Shown: positions 35,000 to 47,989, counted from the stretch's first letter. The stretch: 64,000 bases of DNA from Vicugna vicugna (GCA_013265495.1 MU058824.1:3933111-3997110); one strand, 5' to 3'. Made by a program: numbers and translations. Notes: a model not told the origin generated them from the sequence alone.

Positions 35000-35180
35000 T
35001 GACAGATTTAAATTCCAGGACTACCCTTCCCTAGCTGTGTAGCCTTGGACAAAGCCCTTCCCCTCTCAGAGCCTCAGTTTTCTCATCTGTAAAGTGTTCC
35101 TAATAATCTCTGTCTCAGAAGGCTGTTGAGGGGATTACATCAGAGGGGGAAGCTCCTTGCACAGGATCTAGCTCAGTGTA
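35000..35180 (+). mobile_element. MIR SINE
   Basis: ctagctgtgtagccttggacaa...ctcagagcctcagttttctcatctgtaaagtg. Confidence 0.85.
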
Positions 35181-35874
35181 TCATCTTGCTGGTCAGATTA
35201 AGGGCTGCCTCCAGACATGGCTGCCGGGTGGGCCTTCTGCTGGGCTTCTCATGGGAATGGCCTTGCTGTCTGTGTGCCCTGAGATCAACAGGTGCTGCCT
35301 AGGAGGCTGATGGCAGACAATGCCTCCTTCTCCACGTACTGTCAGTCTCCTCCTCTCTTAGTCTCATTGCATCCCTCCACCTCTGCCCCATAAAGAAGCT
35401 ATAGAAGGAATTTTGTCTGAAGACACCAAGTTTGTGGTTAATTTGTTACAGTGGTCACAAGAAATGAATACAGTTAGCCTCTCTGAGCACATAGGAAAGT
35501 TCTGTGATCCCGTGCTTGTAAACCCTCAGGCCAAACAAAGCTTCCAGTTGAATAATGAAGAAAGTGACTCACTTCTGGGTTGTGGCCCTCAATCATTTGA
35601 TGTCAAATATCACCCTTTTCAATGCTAGAGGCCAGTGCAGGATTGAACAGAACCTTATGCTCTAGAGATGAATCAGGAATTCTCAGAAGTGCTCTATCCA
35701 GCCCCAAGAGTCTGAGACCAGCACAGCTTATCTGTATTCTTTAATGTAAAGGACAGTATGATTACTTTGAGAAAAAGAGTTCTGCTTATAAGGAAAATGT
35801 TCATGATTTAAAAACTAGGGAAATAATACCTATAGTATGTTCCTAATATTGCAAAATTACATAGATGTATAGAC

Positions 35875-35890
35875 AGAGAGAGAGAGAGAG
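35875..35890 (+). repeat. (AG)8 microsatellite
   Basis: Direct read. Confidence 0.9.
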
Positions 35891-35904
35891 ATAAATCTCC
35901 TTAC

Positions 35905-36831
35905 ACCTGGGCAAAGGTGGTCCCTAGTCTTGGGTCACAATTTAGGGCATTCTACATTTCATGAACACACCACACATAGTTATTACAGAAGACATGGGCA
36001 CTTCTGTGACTTGGGATCTGGTGATTGGTGCTGCATAGCAGAACCTTAAACATCAACTTCCAACTAATATCATTTAAGCCCCAACAACTATGTCTCCATC
36101 TCTTGCCTCCCGTCTTTGAAATAAAGGGGGCCTGAATCCCAGAGCCACAACACTGTGTGGGCTGTGATGCTGCTGACATCAGAGATGGACACTGCTTCAG
36201 AGTGCAGGCAAGATGTGAGCAGTGGACGTGCTTAAGTAAGAGAAAAGACAAATTAATTTGTCAAACACTTCCTCTCAGATAGCATGAAATGAAATCTTTT
36301 CTTGCATAACAAAATATCACCTCCCAGAAGTGCCAAGTGTCCATTTCCTTGCTTTTCTTCGTGTTCTAATTCGTGGTTCCAGAGGTACTCACTAATTAGC
36401 ACGGTATTTGTAACAGCTGCACATAACACCTGAGGAATATTTTGCAATAGCAAATAATTCATTTTACTCTTAAATTTGTATGCATGTAGGTCTAGACATA
36501 ATATTCATAAAGCATGATGCCAATTCTTTACATTGACAACTAGATGGATCTTGACCATTAAAATAGCATAGACTTTTACTATTTTGAATATTTAGTTTAA
36601 TCTATTCAAACATTTGAAAATTAAATTAAAAGTTTCAGCTTTATTAGAATAATTTTAATTTAAATTTTTAATATTTACTAAGTATAATTTGAAGTTTGCC
36701 TTCTTATCATAATAATTTTGAATGTTTTAGAAGAAAAACAACTTTTTTTAGGAAAATGATTTAAACATGTGGAATATGGAACTCCAATAGTACTCTTGCC
36801 CTGGACCCCTCAAATGTACAGGTTAGTCCTG
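35905..36831. mobile_element. hAT-Tip100-type DNA transposon relic (Zaphod/MER115-like)
   Basis: Right end tactcttgccctggaccctcaaatgtacaggttagtcctg resembles the Tip100-type terminus; AT-rich interior; left boundary uncertain. Confidence 0.45.
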
Positions 36832-38109
36832 CGTTTAGAAAAAGATCCTGAGAAAAAATACATTAGAATTTTAAAGGAGGTTGAATCTAGATCACAAGGT
36901 TGCCATGATTTTTATTTTATTTTATTCTTTTTTTTTATTTGTATTTTTCAAGATTTTCTACAATAAAAAGATATTACTTATCTAGCCAGAAACAAACACA
37001 GTAAGTATATTTTCAAGTGATGTATATTTACCAGGTCAGCTCTCCAACCCCACCTCAACATGGAACTTTCTAACCTCAACCAGGATCCTCTTAGCTCCCA
37101 CAGCGATGCCAGACTTCCAGCAGGAGGGACCCGGAGGGTGGCTCCTCCCTCAGCCCACAATGAGCATTTCCCCCCGTAGCTGACATCGGTGTCAGCTAAT
37201 GAGATACATAAAGGAGCCCCCAAGTGCCCCATGGGCCACACCCCTGGCAAACAACATTCTCAGCCCGGGGTTTTTCCCAAGCATTTAACTCAGTCCTACT
37301 TCTGGGCACTAGAAACCAGCGCCCTTCCTGGAGTTTGCACTGACCAAATCTTCCCCACTACAGGGCTAAACCGCCCCACCACCTGACCTTCCTCCTCAGA
37401 TAATCAAGCACACTGGGGATGAAGGGGAGATGCTGTCATGGTTCTATGCTCAGTTCGCTGGCAGATGGAATTTCCCCATATAGGGAACTGACAGTAACAA
37501 GGAAAATGCATATTTTTTCAGAGAAAACAACAGTGGGAACAGGGAGGTGGAGAAGGTAGGATATTCTCACTGGTTCCCACCCAATTCCAGTCTGACACCT
37601 GCAGCTTCCCCTGATCCCACCCCAAGCACCTTCACCACCAGCCCCTCCACTGACCCCATCAGGCAGTGAGTGAGGCTGTTCTGAGAATTTGGAGCAGAAG
37701 CCTTTGCCACCTTGTAACCTACAGGGTCCCCGAGGGGCAAAGCCAGGAAGGCCTCAGAGCTAAATTATGTGTAAATCTTTTTACACATGAGGTTCAGAGT
37801 TCCACCAACCACTGGCCCTAGGTCACAAAGCAATCATGTCCCAGTGGGAACCCAAGAAGTTTCTCTTCTGGCACACTGCAAACCCTGAAACGTTCCCTCA
37901 CATCGTGACATTTAAAATTGAACACAGGATAACTGCCACATTATTCAGGACACATGCTTACACTTCAGGGTTTGGGGGTTTTGTTTTTTGTTTTTTTAGA
38001 GGGAAAAAAAGCATCCACCAAGATGCTTGCCCTGAGCTGCAAACTGAGCAAAGGCAGAGACTGCAACACCAAACTCCCTACTGTAGCCTCAGCGGTTCCC
38101 AGCATGCTG

Positions 38110-38292
38110 CCTGGTTCTCTGATTCTAAGGTGGGCATTTTCCATATTTTCACGTCTCTGAAAGTGGGCTACAACTTGCAATCAACCACAGGTCAAAGTTT
38201 AGTTGGCAGCATTTTTTTTCCCTTAATAGATCAATCATTGTGCATTATACAATTGATGCATCTTAGAGTCAATGAAACGTGGTGAAATACGG
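38110..38292. mobile_element. MER104 TcMar-Tc2 MITE
   Basis: gattctaaggtgggcattttccatattttcacgtctctgaaa...gtttagttggcagcattttt...gcatcttagagtcaatgaaac; terminus tgaaatacgg. Confidence 0.8.
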
Positions 38293-38799
38293 CAATAGTG
38301 ACCAAATCTTATCTGCATCTGAAATAAACTCCTCCGCTGGTTCTTCCCAAAGTTATGAACCACAGCTGAAGACAGTTTCAGAAAATCTTGTGGCCCCGGC
38401 CTCATGTCACCTCACTCCAGACCCTCCTGCAGCTGGGGCCCCATGCAAGTGGGTCCAGACTCAGTGTCCCAACCATGGGGACCCTTGACCCTAGCCCCTT
38501 CCTTCTGAGCCTGTCACTGTGGTCCCACTGTTGAACAAGAGGCATTAAACAGCTCTGTTCCCCACCAGGGGGTGAGAGCTGCAGGCCCTGGGAAGCCTAC
38601 AGTCACAGTTCAAGTACTGTTGGGAACAGTTACCCAGAGCTGAATGCTACTTTATCATGTGCAGGTGTCTTTGGTGCCCTCTCCTGCCAGCTTCACTGGG
38701 AGCTAGACTCCCCATCCTCTCTACCCCAGCCACACTTGCCACTGCCTACTGCACTCTCCCCTCTCCTCCTGCTAGCCACCCAGGGCTCCCCAAAGCACA

Positions 38800-39000
38800 C
38801 TACAGACTCCCTTGTAGTATTGGTAAATTTGACATGAGTAATGAATATATTGATCTACGTCAACCCACCCTAACCACAGCTCCATGAAGACAGGAATAGG
38901 GTCTGGGGTTTGCCCTCTGCTAGATCCTCAGTGTTCAGTACAGAGCTCGGCACATTGTTGAAACTAATAAATAATTGAATAAATAGACAAATGAATAAAT
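38800..39000 (+). mobile_element. L2 3' end
   Basis: agctccatgaagacagga...gtacagagctcggcaca...aataaataattgaataaat. Confidence 0.7.
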
Positions 39001-39589
39001 CCCACATGATTCTATGAAGCAAGAACTACTATTATCCCCCACTTTCATAGCTAAGGAACTGAGGCAGAGATGAAGGAATTTACTGACCAGCTACTAACTG
39101 AACAGAGTTGGAACCCACTCTTTGGGCCCCAGACCCCCAAGTTCTACCTCCAAACCTGAGAACATTCACAGCAGACAGACCTGGGGCTACTTTGGCAACT
39201 GCTATGCTGTCTGTCCTGAGACCAGGCAATGTTTTCATGTGCAAATTTTCTCCCCTCTTCTTGCTCCTAGATTTCCATTTCTGTTTCCCTTTCTTTCTCC
39301 CTCTTCTCTCTCTCTTCTCAGACCTCCCCTGTCCACTGTGTCCACAGCCTGAGAGAGTCACAAAGACCCAGCAAGCTCTTAATGGGGAACTTCTCAAAAT
39401 AAAGGCAGGGTCATGCTGGAGATAGAAAAATCCTAGCATTAGGCTCACGTGATTCACTAGCCCCAGTGAGCTGGGGAAACAGAGGTAAGTAAATATCGAA
39501 AAGAATTAGTGCTTTTTTCATTTAAAGTCTGTCTTCAACAGGAAAGAAAACTAGATTTTTTTTAAAAGCCCCTGAAGATGAAGAAAAAG

Positions 39590-39960
39590 AATATTTGGAA
39601 AAGTTGGAGAAACAGATATAATAATGATAATTGGAAACTGGCTTCCACCCTTTAAAACGAATCCTGATGAGATGCATCCTGAAGTGTAAACAGATTTGAA
39701 CAATAAACTTATTGAACCATATACAATTATTTCTGGAGAGAAATGGATGAGCGGTTGGTTAGACAAATGGAAGAGGTGTGAATGATTCTTAACACTCTGA
39801 TCTGGCAAAATGGTCCTTGGAAATTAATGGAACAAAAAATTATACCAAGGAAGAGAAGCATCATCAGGAGAAAGCACTAAACATAGGAACCATGAAATGA
39901 AAACGCATTCTTATGAATAAGAGAATTAATGAAATGAATTTAAGAAAAGGTCAAGTTGGG
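39590..39960 (+). mobile_element. CR1/L3 LINE ORF2 (RT region) relic
   Basis: 39663-39776 translates PDEMHPEV*TDLNNKLIEPYTIISGEKWMSGWLDKWKR, resembling the CR1 motif PDGxHPRVLKELADVIAEPLSIIFEKSWxxGxVPxDWKR. Confidence 0.7.
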
Positions 39961-40299
39961 GAGACTATCAGATGGGCTGCAGTTCCACAGAGCCCCTAAA
40001 TCTACTGTGGCATTTGAAGTACAGAACTTTGGAAGCACAAATTCCCTGAGAATTCATCCATTCCATGCTCTTTTTCTATAGATCAGGAGTCGCATGTCCA
40101 GAGAGGGTGAGTGACTTGTTCAAGGCCACACAGCAAGGTATGTATCAGTCCTTATGCTGTGTTAATGCCACATGTGGATCAAGGAGAGTCATGCTTTCAT
40201 TTATTCTGAGCTGCATTTAGTGACAGAAAGGACACTTTAGAAGGTGCTGACAGGCAGGGGGCAGGCCTAGAGGAGCTGACTCAAGAGTCTCCATGCAGA

Positions 40300-40505
40300 G
40301 AACATGTTCTCTTAAGTCAGGGAGCCATGGATTTAAATCCTGCCTCTACCACCTCCCAGCTATGACCTTGCAAGTCACTCCACCTTTCTGAGCCTCAGTC
40401 TCTTCATTAGTAAAACGGGGCCAACATTGCCTATTTCTCCAAATGAAATGAAATATCCCTGAAAAAACACCTAGTACATGGTAAGAACTCAGTAAGTGGT
40501 GCTGC
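40300..40505 (+). mobile_element. MIR SINE
   Basis: ggatttaaatcctgcctctaccac...tgaccttgcaagtcactccacctttctgagcctcagt. Confidence 0.85.
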
Positions 40506-41899
40506 TGTTATAGGTATGACCAGAATTCATTGTCTGAAAAATCTAAAGTTCACAAAAAGGAAAAAAAAAAACACTTTAATGGCAATAGAAGGAAAACAAA
40601 GCATCATGACAGAATGAGAAGTCTGACAAAGAAATTAGGAATGGAGTGTTCTCCAAAAGCTTGCTAGCTTTCCTCAGAGAAGTCAAATGGCCCAGGATTG
40701 CAGAAAAAATATACTCAGAGAGTGGGCACTGCCTGGGGGAAGTGCTAGCCTCTCTTTACAGCTTGGTTCTTGAGATGCTTTTGAGGATTAGGACTGCCCT
40801 TCCCCAGCTCATCTCACGAGGGCCCCTCTATGGACTACTGCCCCCATAACTGGTGGTGCCCACTCTGCAGGAGAGTGGGGTTCTTTGTCAGGCCCTCCAA
40901 CCCCATTGCTGGCTGTGGTTCTAGGAAAAAGGGCAAGAAGAGCCCTGATGAAGAGGCTCCACTTACCACTCCAGGAGGACACCAGGGCTACACTATCCTC
41001 CCAGGGCTTCTCAGAAGCAGTCCTGTAGCGTCTGGCTAGGGCATAGAATTTTGCAGAGGTCAAGTTTGGAAATATCCACAGGGCTCCTGAGGTCTGCAGA
41101 GCCCAGAGCTGACTCCACTCAGCAGGGCCCCTGAACAGCCTACTTGCAAGAGAAGTGAGGAGAGTGGCCTGGTTAAGCCCTGACTCCTGTTCTATTCCTA
41201 TGAAAAACCAAGGTGTATTTAGCTGAAATTATTTTCACAAAAGGATGCTATCATGAGCTTAAATAGCTTACTGCCCAATAAGTTATTATGCTTAAGACCT
41301 GCTCAGACATGACCTGGGAACTCCCAATCAGCAGAACAGACAGACTCAGGCACTCCAGGCTAGGAATGTGGCCATAGTGCACTAGATCCTTCAGATTAAG
41401 CTGCTTGCTTTGACTGGATGAACAAAACAGCAATAATATCCCAGTACAAATTCTACCAGGTTCATAAAGCCTTCCAAATCCCCCCATCAGAATCGGTTCC
41501 TTCCTCTAGATCCTGTGACTCCATGTAAACCACTGTCGTTCTGAAATTTAAGATTAGACTGCATGTCAAGTGACAGCAACTGAGGTCAGGGACCACCTTT
41601 TCCTTCATCCTCAATGACTTCAGCATATCTAGTTGGGTCAGGGCTAAGAAGCATTCTTGGAATTAAATTAAATTAACTAATTGTGGAAAAGTTAGGGTTA
41701 GGCCAAATTTTCCAACGGTGACTTTACTGCTTTTATATCCCTTATTCTTTGTAGGGAAATCTCAGGTAGTTTACACCAAGGGATTTATAGTAAAAGGTAA
41801 TGGACTCTGTGTTCAGTCATGGGTTGGCCTTGGCTAGAGAGCTGGCATCCCAGCTCAGCGAGCTGCCCAAGGGAAGAGAAAGAGGCTGTTCTTTGGTAT

Positions 41900-42350
41900 G
41901 GTTGGACTCAGGGTCAAACTCTAGCTCTACTGCTTACTAGCTTGGGCTCCATTTTCTTCATCTGTAACAAAAAGATAATAGTATTTAACTTTTAGAATAA
42001 TAGTGAGATTTAAATGTGATCATGTGCAAAGCACCTGGCTCATCATAGGCCCATAAGTATAATAGTTCTATTCTCCTTTCATGTTTTAAAGAGACATCAT
42101 GGGCTGGAAAAAAGTTCAGGCTTCAGAGTTTTGCTGACCTAGACTAGGTTTGAAAACTCCCTTCTCCACATGCATTTGTGTAACTTTGAGCAACTTATTT
42201 AACATATGCAAGCCTCTGCTTTCTTATCTGTAGAATGAGAATAATAGTACCTATTTTATTGGATTTCAGGGAAGACTAAATGAGATGACTAAAATGCTGA
42301 GAATAGTGCTTGGAACGTATTCAATTCTAAACAGGTGGGCACTATTATGT
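41900..42350 (+). mobile_element. Two tandem MIR SINEs
   Basis: Two MIR cores (ttttcttcatctgtaacaaaagataatagta; ctttcttatctgtagaatgagaataatagtacc). Confidence 0.8.
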
Positions 42351-42902
42351 TCTTCCCTAGGCTGGTAGGAGACCATCTACCAGGCCACAGTCAGGGCTGG
42401 GCTTTGAGGAGGGCTCTGTGGATTGGGGGTCCTGGTTGAGAGAGCCTGTAAGACCAAAGAGCAGAGGATCTGGCTAATGGCAAAAAGCCTCTGATGTGGT
42501 CAGCACCACGAACAGCTCCACAGGCACCTTTGGCTGGAGTGTGGCTTTTGCCCGAGGTTCACGGCTCCTGAGGGTATATAGACTTTCCAGGGGATACCCA
42601 GTACAGATAACTTTAAGAGAATCAATTCCCTGGTTCTCAACTATGAATTTTTTCCTAAAATTGATCTGTCTGTGGTGGAAACATCATGCCAGTTTTCCAG
42701 TCCCATCTTCCTTTCTATAATACCCCTTCTTCTACTGTACAGACTCATCTATCTTTTCACCCTGACTCTTATTATGGCGCATTGCCCTGTTGAGTCAAAA
42801 CTTCTGGGGCATCAAATAAAGGGAGAACTCAACAAATGGTGTTCTCAATGTCACCTTTAATCAAGGTGATCACATTTAATCAATAACCACCACTTCCCAA
42901 AT

Positions 42903-43038
42903 CTGGGGCCACCACATTCAGTTATGCAGGTTGTTCACTGCATAATTCCAGGGGTTGCCTTCTACATCCCAGTCAATGGGAATGGCTCTCCCTGGAGATT
43001 TGTAGTGCACAGACTGCGTGGCTATACGAGGTGGTCTT
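42903..43038. mobile_element. MER91-like palindromic hAT-Tip100 MITE
   Basis: ggggccacc...gttatgcaggttgttcactgcataattccagggg / ccctggagatttgtagtgcacagactgcg...ggtggtc inverted arms. Confidence 0.7.
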
Positions 43039-43049
43039 CCCTCATCCAT

Positions 43050-43651
43050 ATCATAAAAGAAACATTTCTAATAAAATTTAACTATTTAATTATTATTTGT
43101 CAAAATTTGCAGTACATTCATGTTATTTTTATCATGTTTGTATTACTAATAGTTGAAGTAATAACTCAATCCAGAAGAATTTTTTTTAATTCTTAAAGGC
43201 TTTTTTAAATGGTCACAGGAAATAAAAAAATTTCAATTTATATACATCTTTTTGTTGCAGAGAAGTATGATAGAAAAATCAATAAAAGACTTTCAAGCAT
43301 AAAAATACATTACATTAGAATAAAATTCTGTGGGGGAAGTGGATTGGAAATACAATTTCCTACTGTTAAATAAGAGCTCATTCGTGTATTTTTAAAAGCA
43401 TGGTGGTGGGTATCAAATTGCTAGGATATTTGTATTTTATTGGACACATTTAAAACAGCAGTGTGAGAGTTTTATAATGTCTATAGTATATCAGATATTA
43501 CACCCTTTGTAATTATTTTAAATTGTTTATCTAAAATTATTTAAAATTGCTTAAGATATTCTAGACGTCAACTTTTAAATGCTCGAGAAAGGGATATACA
43601 TTTTTCCAAATTATTTTAGGGAGCATTGAGAAAAAATAGTTAACCCCACTG
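43050..43651 (-). mobile_element. hAT-Charlie relic (Charlie7-like)
   Basis: Ends ...aaaaaatagttaaccccactg (CAGTGG TIR on the minus strand); AT-rich Charlie-like interior. Confidence 0.6.
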
Positions 43652-44145
43652 ACGTCAACCCCATTTTAGACACCAGCCTGTCCCAGCAAGTGGATGCATC
43701 CCCTCTACAGTAGAACACATATCTCACTATGGGAGTATTAGTTCTTTGCTTTTCTTTAGCCGTAGCTCAGGCTCAGGGGCAGGGATAGTCCTATGTAGAA
43801 AGGATGGTCTTTGGCTACCAGACTAGGTGTGCCCGGCTGTCTGCTGTCATTCTTCTCCTTCCTACAGAACTCGGGTTTTCTTCTGTGTGCTTTTTGACAA
43901 GTGTTCACCTCCCTTTGGGCCCCAGCAATCTGGCTGTCAGGAAGATGAAGGAGTCAACAGACCCCTCAGGACTCAAATGGTGGTTTGGGACTCTGGCTTC
44001 TCCTCCACCAAGGCTCCCTCACTCTGAGTGCCTGACATCATGCCTGGCACATAGTAGGCCTACAGTTAATATGTCTACCCTCTCAAATATGGAGAGGTCT
44101 GCCTTCTCCCAATAGAAAGTTCTAAAACAAAATTTTTGTACAATC

Positions 44146-44620
44146 TGCATATATAAACTTTTAGGACTATAGATGCCATAGTCAAAGGTCTACTTATAAA
44201 TAAATTTTAAAATTTAGTTTCACGTATATTTAAATTAACTTATATAAAACATATTAATATAGCATTACAGTAATTAAAATCAATATGTTAATTGAAATTA
44301 ACATTAATATAAAATCTTATATGAATTACAAATATATTTAGAAATACTGCTTTTTTTTCCACATTCACATTTAATTTGTGAAACAATTATATTCATTCTC
44401 TTCACATACATCTTTGACATTGGTATTTTTGTCACCACTAGAGCCGCTTCCCAAGCCATCTAACACAGCCTTCCGGAGAGCATCATCTTCACTTCCATCT
44501 GAGTCATTTAAGATACTGGACATTTTGCATTTTAGGATGATGCTGTCACTGGAAATTATACTCCTAGCCCCAAGTACCCATTCTCTATTCATGAGCTCTG
44601 CAAAGTAACCACTTAGTGTA
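44146..44620 (-). mobile_element. TcMar-Tc2/pogo (Kanga-like) transposon relic with transposase C-terminus
   Basis: ORF 44371-44592(-) EWVLGARSIISSDSIILKCKMSSILNDSDGSEDDALR resembles the pogo/Tc2 DDE_1 C-terminal motif W..AW..IS...I..SFKKC.ISN.LDGSEDD.LW. Confidence 0.65.
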
Positions 44621-45349
44621 TTGTTTTTTAAAGGGATCTTTAAAAGGCTTGTTTACAACATCAAACACTTACAATTATGAGGAAAAATGACTAAACCTGT
44701 GCTTAGTGTTTTTGTCTCCATTTTTGCCTCAGTAAGTGAGCTTTATGAGCGTTTGAAGCATAGCCTTGACTGAAGTTATTGGGGGCTAATATGTCATCCC
44801 AAAACAGTGCTTTGTGGGTTAAAATTAAGTGTTTCTGACAGTGAGCCCTGTAACATAAGAGACTTAGTAAGGGCTTGAACAGAAGGTAATCTCTCTTTTC
44901 TGAAAGATAATGGGTTAGTGGCAGGGTGAACGAACAGTTGGGTATTGCAGTCTTTGGCTAAATTCAACACCCTCCCTCCCAGGTTAGGGCTTCAAGGGGG
45001 CTGCCCTGCAGGTCCCAAGAGTCCTTCATTAGAATCTCCCCCAAGACCGACCCACCAGTACGGTGGGTTCCGGTTTGAGCAGACAGAGGCTGATGTCAGG
45101 GCTATCATCCCCACCCAGACCCAAGCCAAAGAGAGGAAGCCAAGTTCACCACGTGCTTCCTCTGTACAAACACCCTGGCGCCTTCTCCTCTGCTGCCTGC
45201 TAAGTCTCCCCAAAAGGCTGTGAGATGGCAGTTTAGCTGTGAGAACACTGAAGCTTTAGGCATTTTTCAAGTGCATTTATAGAGACATGAAAACTCGACC
45301 AATAATTAATCTCCCAAGTGATTACAAACTTATGCCCATTGGCTCAGAG

Positions 45350-45540
45350 CTGCTTTTGGAGTTAGACATCCCAGGTTTAAATCCTGTTTAAACCACTTAG
45401 GAGACGTATGACCAGTAGTGAGTCATTTAATCTTTCAAGGCTTTACTTTTCTGACCCATAAAATGGGGGTAATAATGTCTGCCTCATAGGGCTGTCATGA
45501 GGATTAAAATAATGGTACCTAGCCTAGAACTCAGTACATC
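45350..45540 (+). mobile_element. MIR SINE
   Basis: ttttggagttagacatcccaggtttaaatcctg...cataaaatgggggtaataatgtctgcctcatagggctgtcatgaggattaaa. Confidence 0.85.
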
Positions 45541-45769
45541 TGTAAGATCAGACCCTGGATGTGCCCAACTCAAGCTCTGAGGGCAGAGAACATAATATAA
45601 AAAGAGAACCAGTTGCCCCTTGGGACAACGCAAGTCTTCCCTGGGCAACAAGTGGCCACACTGTTTATCTTTGCACATGTGAAATACAAAAAAGAAGATA
45701 GCAAACTGGCCACCCACCCAGAACACAGTGATTCTAGCAGGGGGCTTGGTGTATGACAAGAATCTTAAA

Positions 45770-46210
45770 AATATGTTTGCAGCTTATTTCTCTTATTACA
45801 AAAATGATACAGTTCATTATACAGAGGAGCAAAAAGAAAATTACAATCAACTGTAAATCTCAGGGATAACATCAGTTATTACTTTGGTATACATCCTTCC
45901 AATCCTTTTTTTGTTTGTTGGTTATTTTTTGTTTGCCTATTTTGCTTTTCCTCTGTTGAGTGCAAACATAGCATCATACCCTCCATATTATTTTGTAATT
46001 TGCTTTTCTCACCCTGTGAACATCTTTCTATACCATTAACTATTATTTCACATCATTTTAATGATTACATAATGCTCCACTAACTGATTGTGCCATGCTT
46101 TTTTTTAAAAAAACAAATTTCCTTTTTTGGAGACTTTTGAGTTGCTTCTCATTTTTCCCATTACAAACAAGGCCTGTTAGAGTTTTACAGTGTATAAAGC
46201 ACTTGCTCCC
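45770..46210 (-). mobile_element. Old L1 3' fragment
   Basis: ctttggtatacatccttcca...ttttaatgattacataatgctcc...gttgcttctcatttttcccattacaaaca. Confidence 0.6.
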
Positions 46211-46635
46211 ATCACTTTGGATCTTCTCATTAACTAGAAAACAGGACAATGTGATCATCATTTTTCCCACTTGACAGGTGAGAAAACTGAGGCTCACAGA
46301 GAAAAAAAAAAGTGGCCTGACTGAGGTCACTCAACAGCTGATAGAGCAGCACCCAATCTGGGTCTTTGGGACCTCCAGCCTGGCCAACTTCCGGACCCTC
46401 CTTGTTTTTCCCCCTCACAGAGTAATGAATCCCCCAAAGGATTCTGTGCCTCTTCTACCTCCTCCCCAGGAGCATCTGGGCTTAGAGGGACCACTCAACC
46501 CAAACCCGAAACCCTGACCTCCTAATCCAAAGAAGCTCCTCAAAAACTCCCTACCCTGTCACCCGGTTTGGTTTTGACCATTGTAGTTACCACTACTTAC
46601 TATTTTCTTGTTTATTTACTTGTCTCTATATAGTT

Positions 46636-47367
46636 CAGTGATTCTCAGTGGGGCAGAACCAACCCCCAGTGATTGCAAGGCAAGGCGTGCGTTGTCTCAC
46701 ACCCTTACAACATCTGAATTTTAACCAGACATCCATGCGGGTCAAACCCATTTATAATTATCTAAATCTAGACTCCAGCTTCATCTTACACACAAAGGAT
46801 CATATGCTTGGTTTAATTTATACCACCTTTTCCACGAATGCAACCACCATGGAAAGTGAGAGATTAGTTTCTTCAACTTGGAGTTTTCTTGTTTCAGAAA
46901 ATGACATCCTCAGTGACAACACCACTCGTGGTATTTGAGTCACTGTTACTACACTTGTGTCAGTCTGCATCTATAGCCATCTCATTCAGAACAATTTTAT
47001 TTACCAGTATCTTTTTTTAGCTCTTATTTCAAATTGCCAAAGATAAAGAGAAAATATCATCAACATTCAGCAAGACATGATCTCTTTTTTCTTAAATTCA
47101 AACATTCATTTTAAGTAAGTAAATATCAGAATGCTTCATGATGCTTTCTGGTGTACTTAGGACCAAACCTTTGTATATTGAAATACATATTATTTTATTA
47201 AAATTTCTTTCCCCATTATATTACAGTGAAAATGTTACACTGATTTTAAAATTATGTGACTAAGTAGAATGTGTTATTGTGAATTTAATTTCAGGATAAT
47301 AAAGGAGCCATTCAAAAGATTTGAGTTACAAAGGGGCCTTTGGGTCTGATTGTCTTGAGGACCCCTG
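46636..47367. mobile_element. hAT-Charlie-type element inserted in an L2
   Basis: TIRs cagtgattctca / tgaggacccctg; L2 sequence on both sides (~46530-46635 and 47368-47495); flanking 8-mers atatagtt / gtgtggtc differ only by transitions. Confidence 0.6.
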
Positions 47368-47989
47368 GTGTGGTCTGTTTCCCCCACTAGAAGCTCAGCT
47401 CCATGAAGGCAGGATCTGATCTGACATAGTGCCCACTCTGGCCCCCAGCACCCAGAAGCATACTCAATTAAAACCAGTTGAATGAAGGAATCATGGAGGC
47501 ATTCCAAGCATTGTAAAACGCTGGGTGGAGAAGATATTTATGGGTAGAGTTCAGTCTTTGACAAGTTGATTAGGTAACATTTCTGAAATTCTTTTTCTCC
47601 AAGTACCAATGGGGGTAGGAACCCTGATCTGCCTGGATGCTGAGAAGATTCAAGGAGATAACAGATTTGAAGACTCCTGGCACCAGGCCTGGCACAGGGG
47701 AAGGTAACTGATTGCTGGTGGTGTTTTTGTTGTTAGATTCCCTAAACAGTAAACCATTAACTCTCCATCTCAGCTACCCGGCCCCCTTCTCTGCTCAAAA
47801 TCTGGTCTTTGTTACTAATACATTTTCCTAAGAATCTCCTATTCTCACTTATTTCCTCCCTCCTCCCCCATCCCAGACCTGGGCTCTCTTCAATAATCTC
47901 ACTCTAATTGGAAATTGGGGCTGTCAGGATGACCTTCCTCTCCCCTCCCCAGTTCTCACCTTGGTCCAGTCTCTGACAGATGCAAAGGT

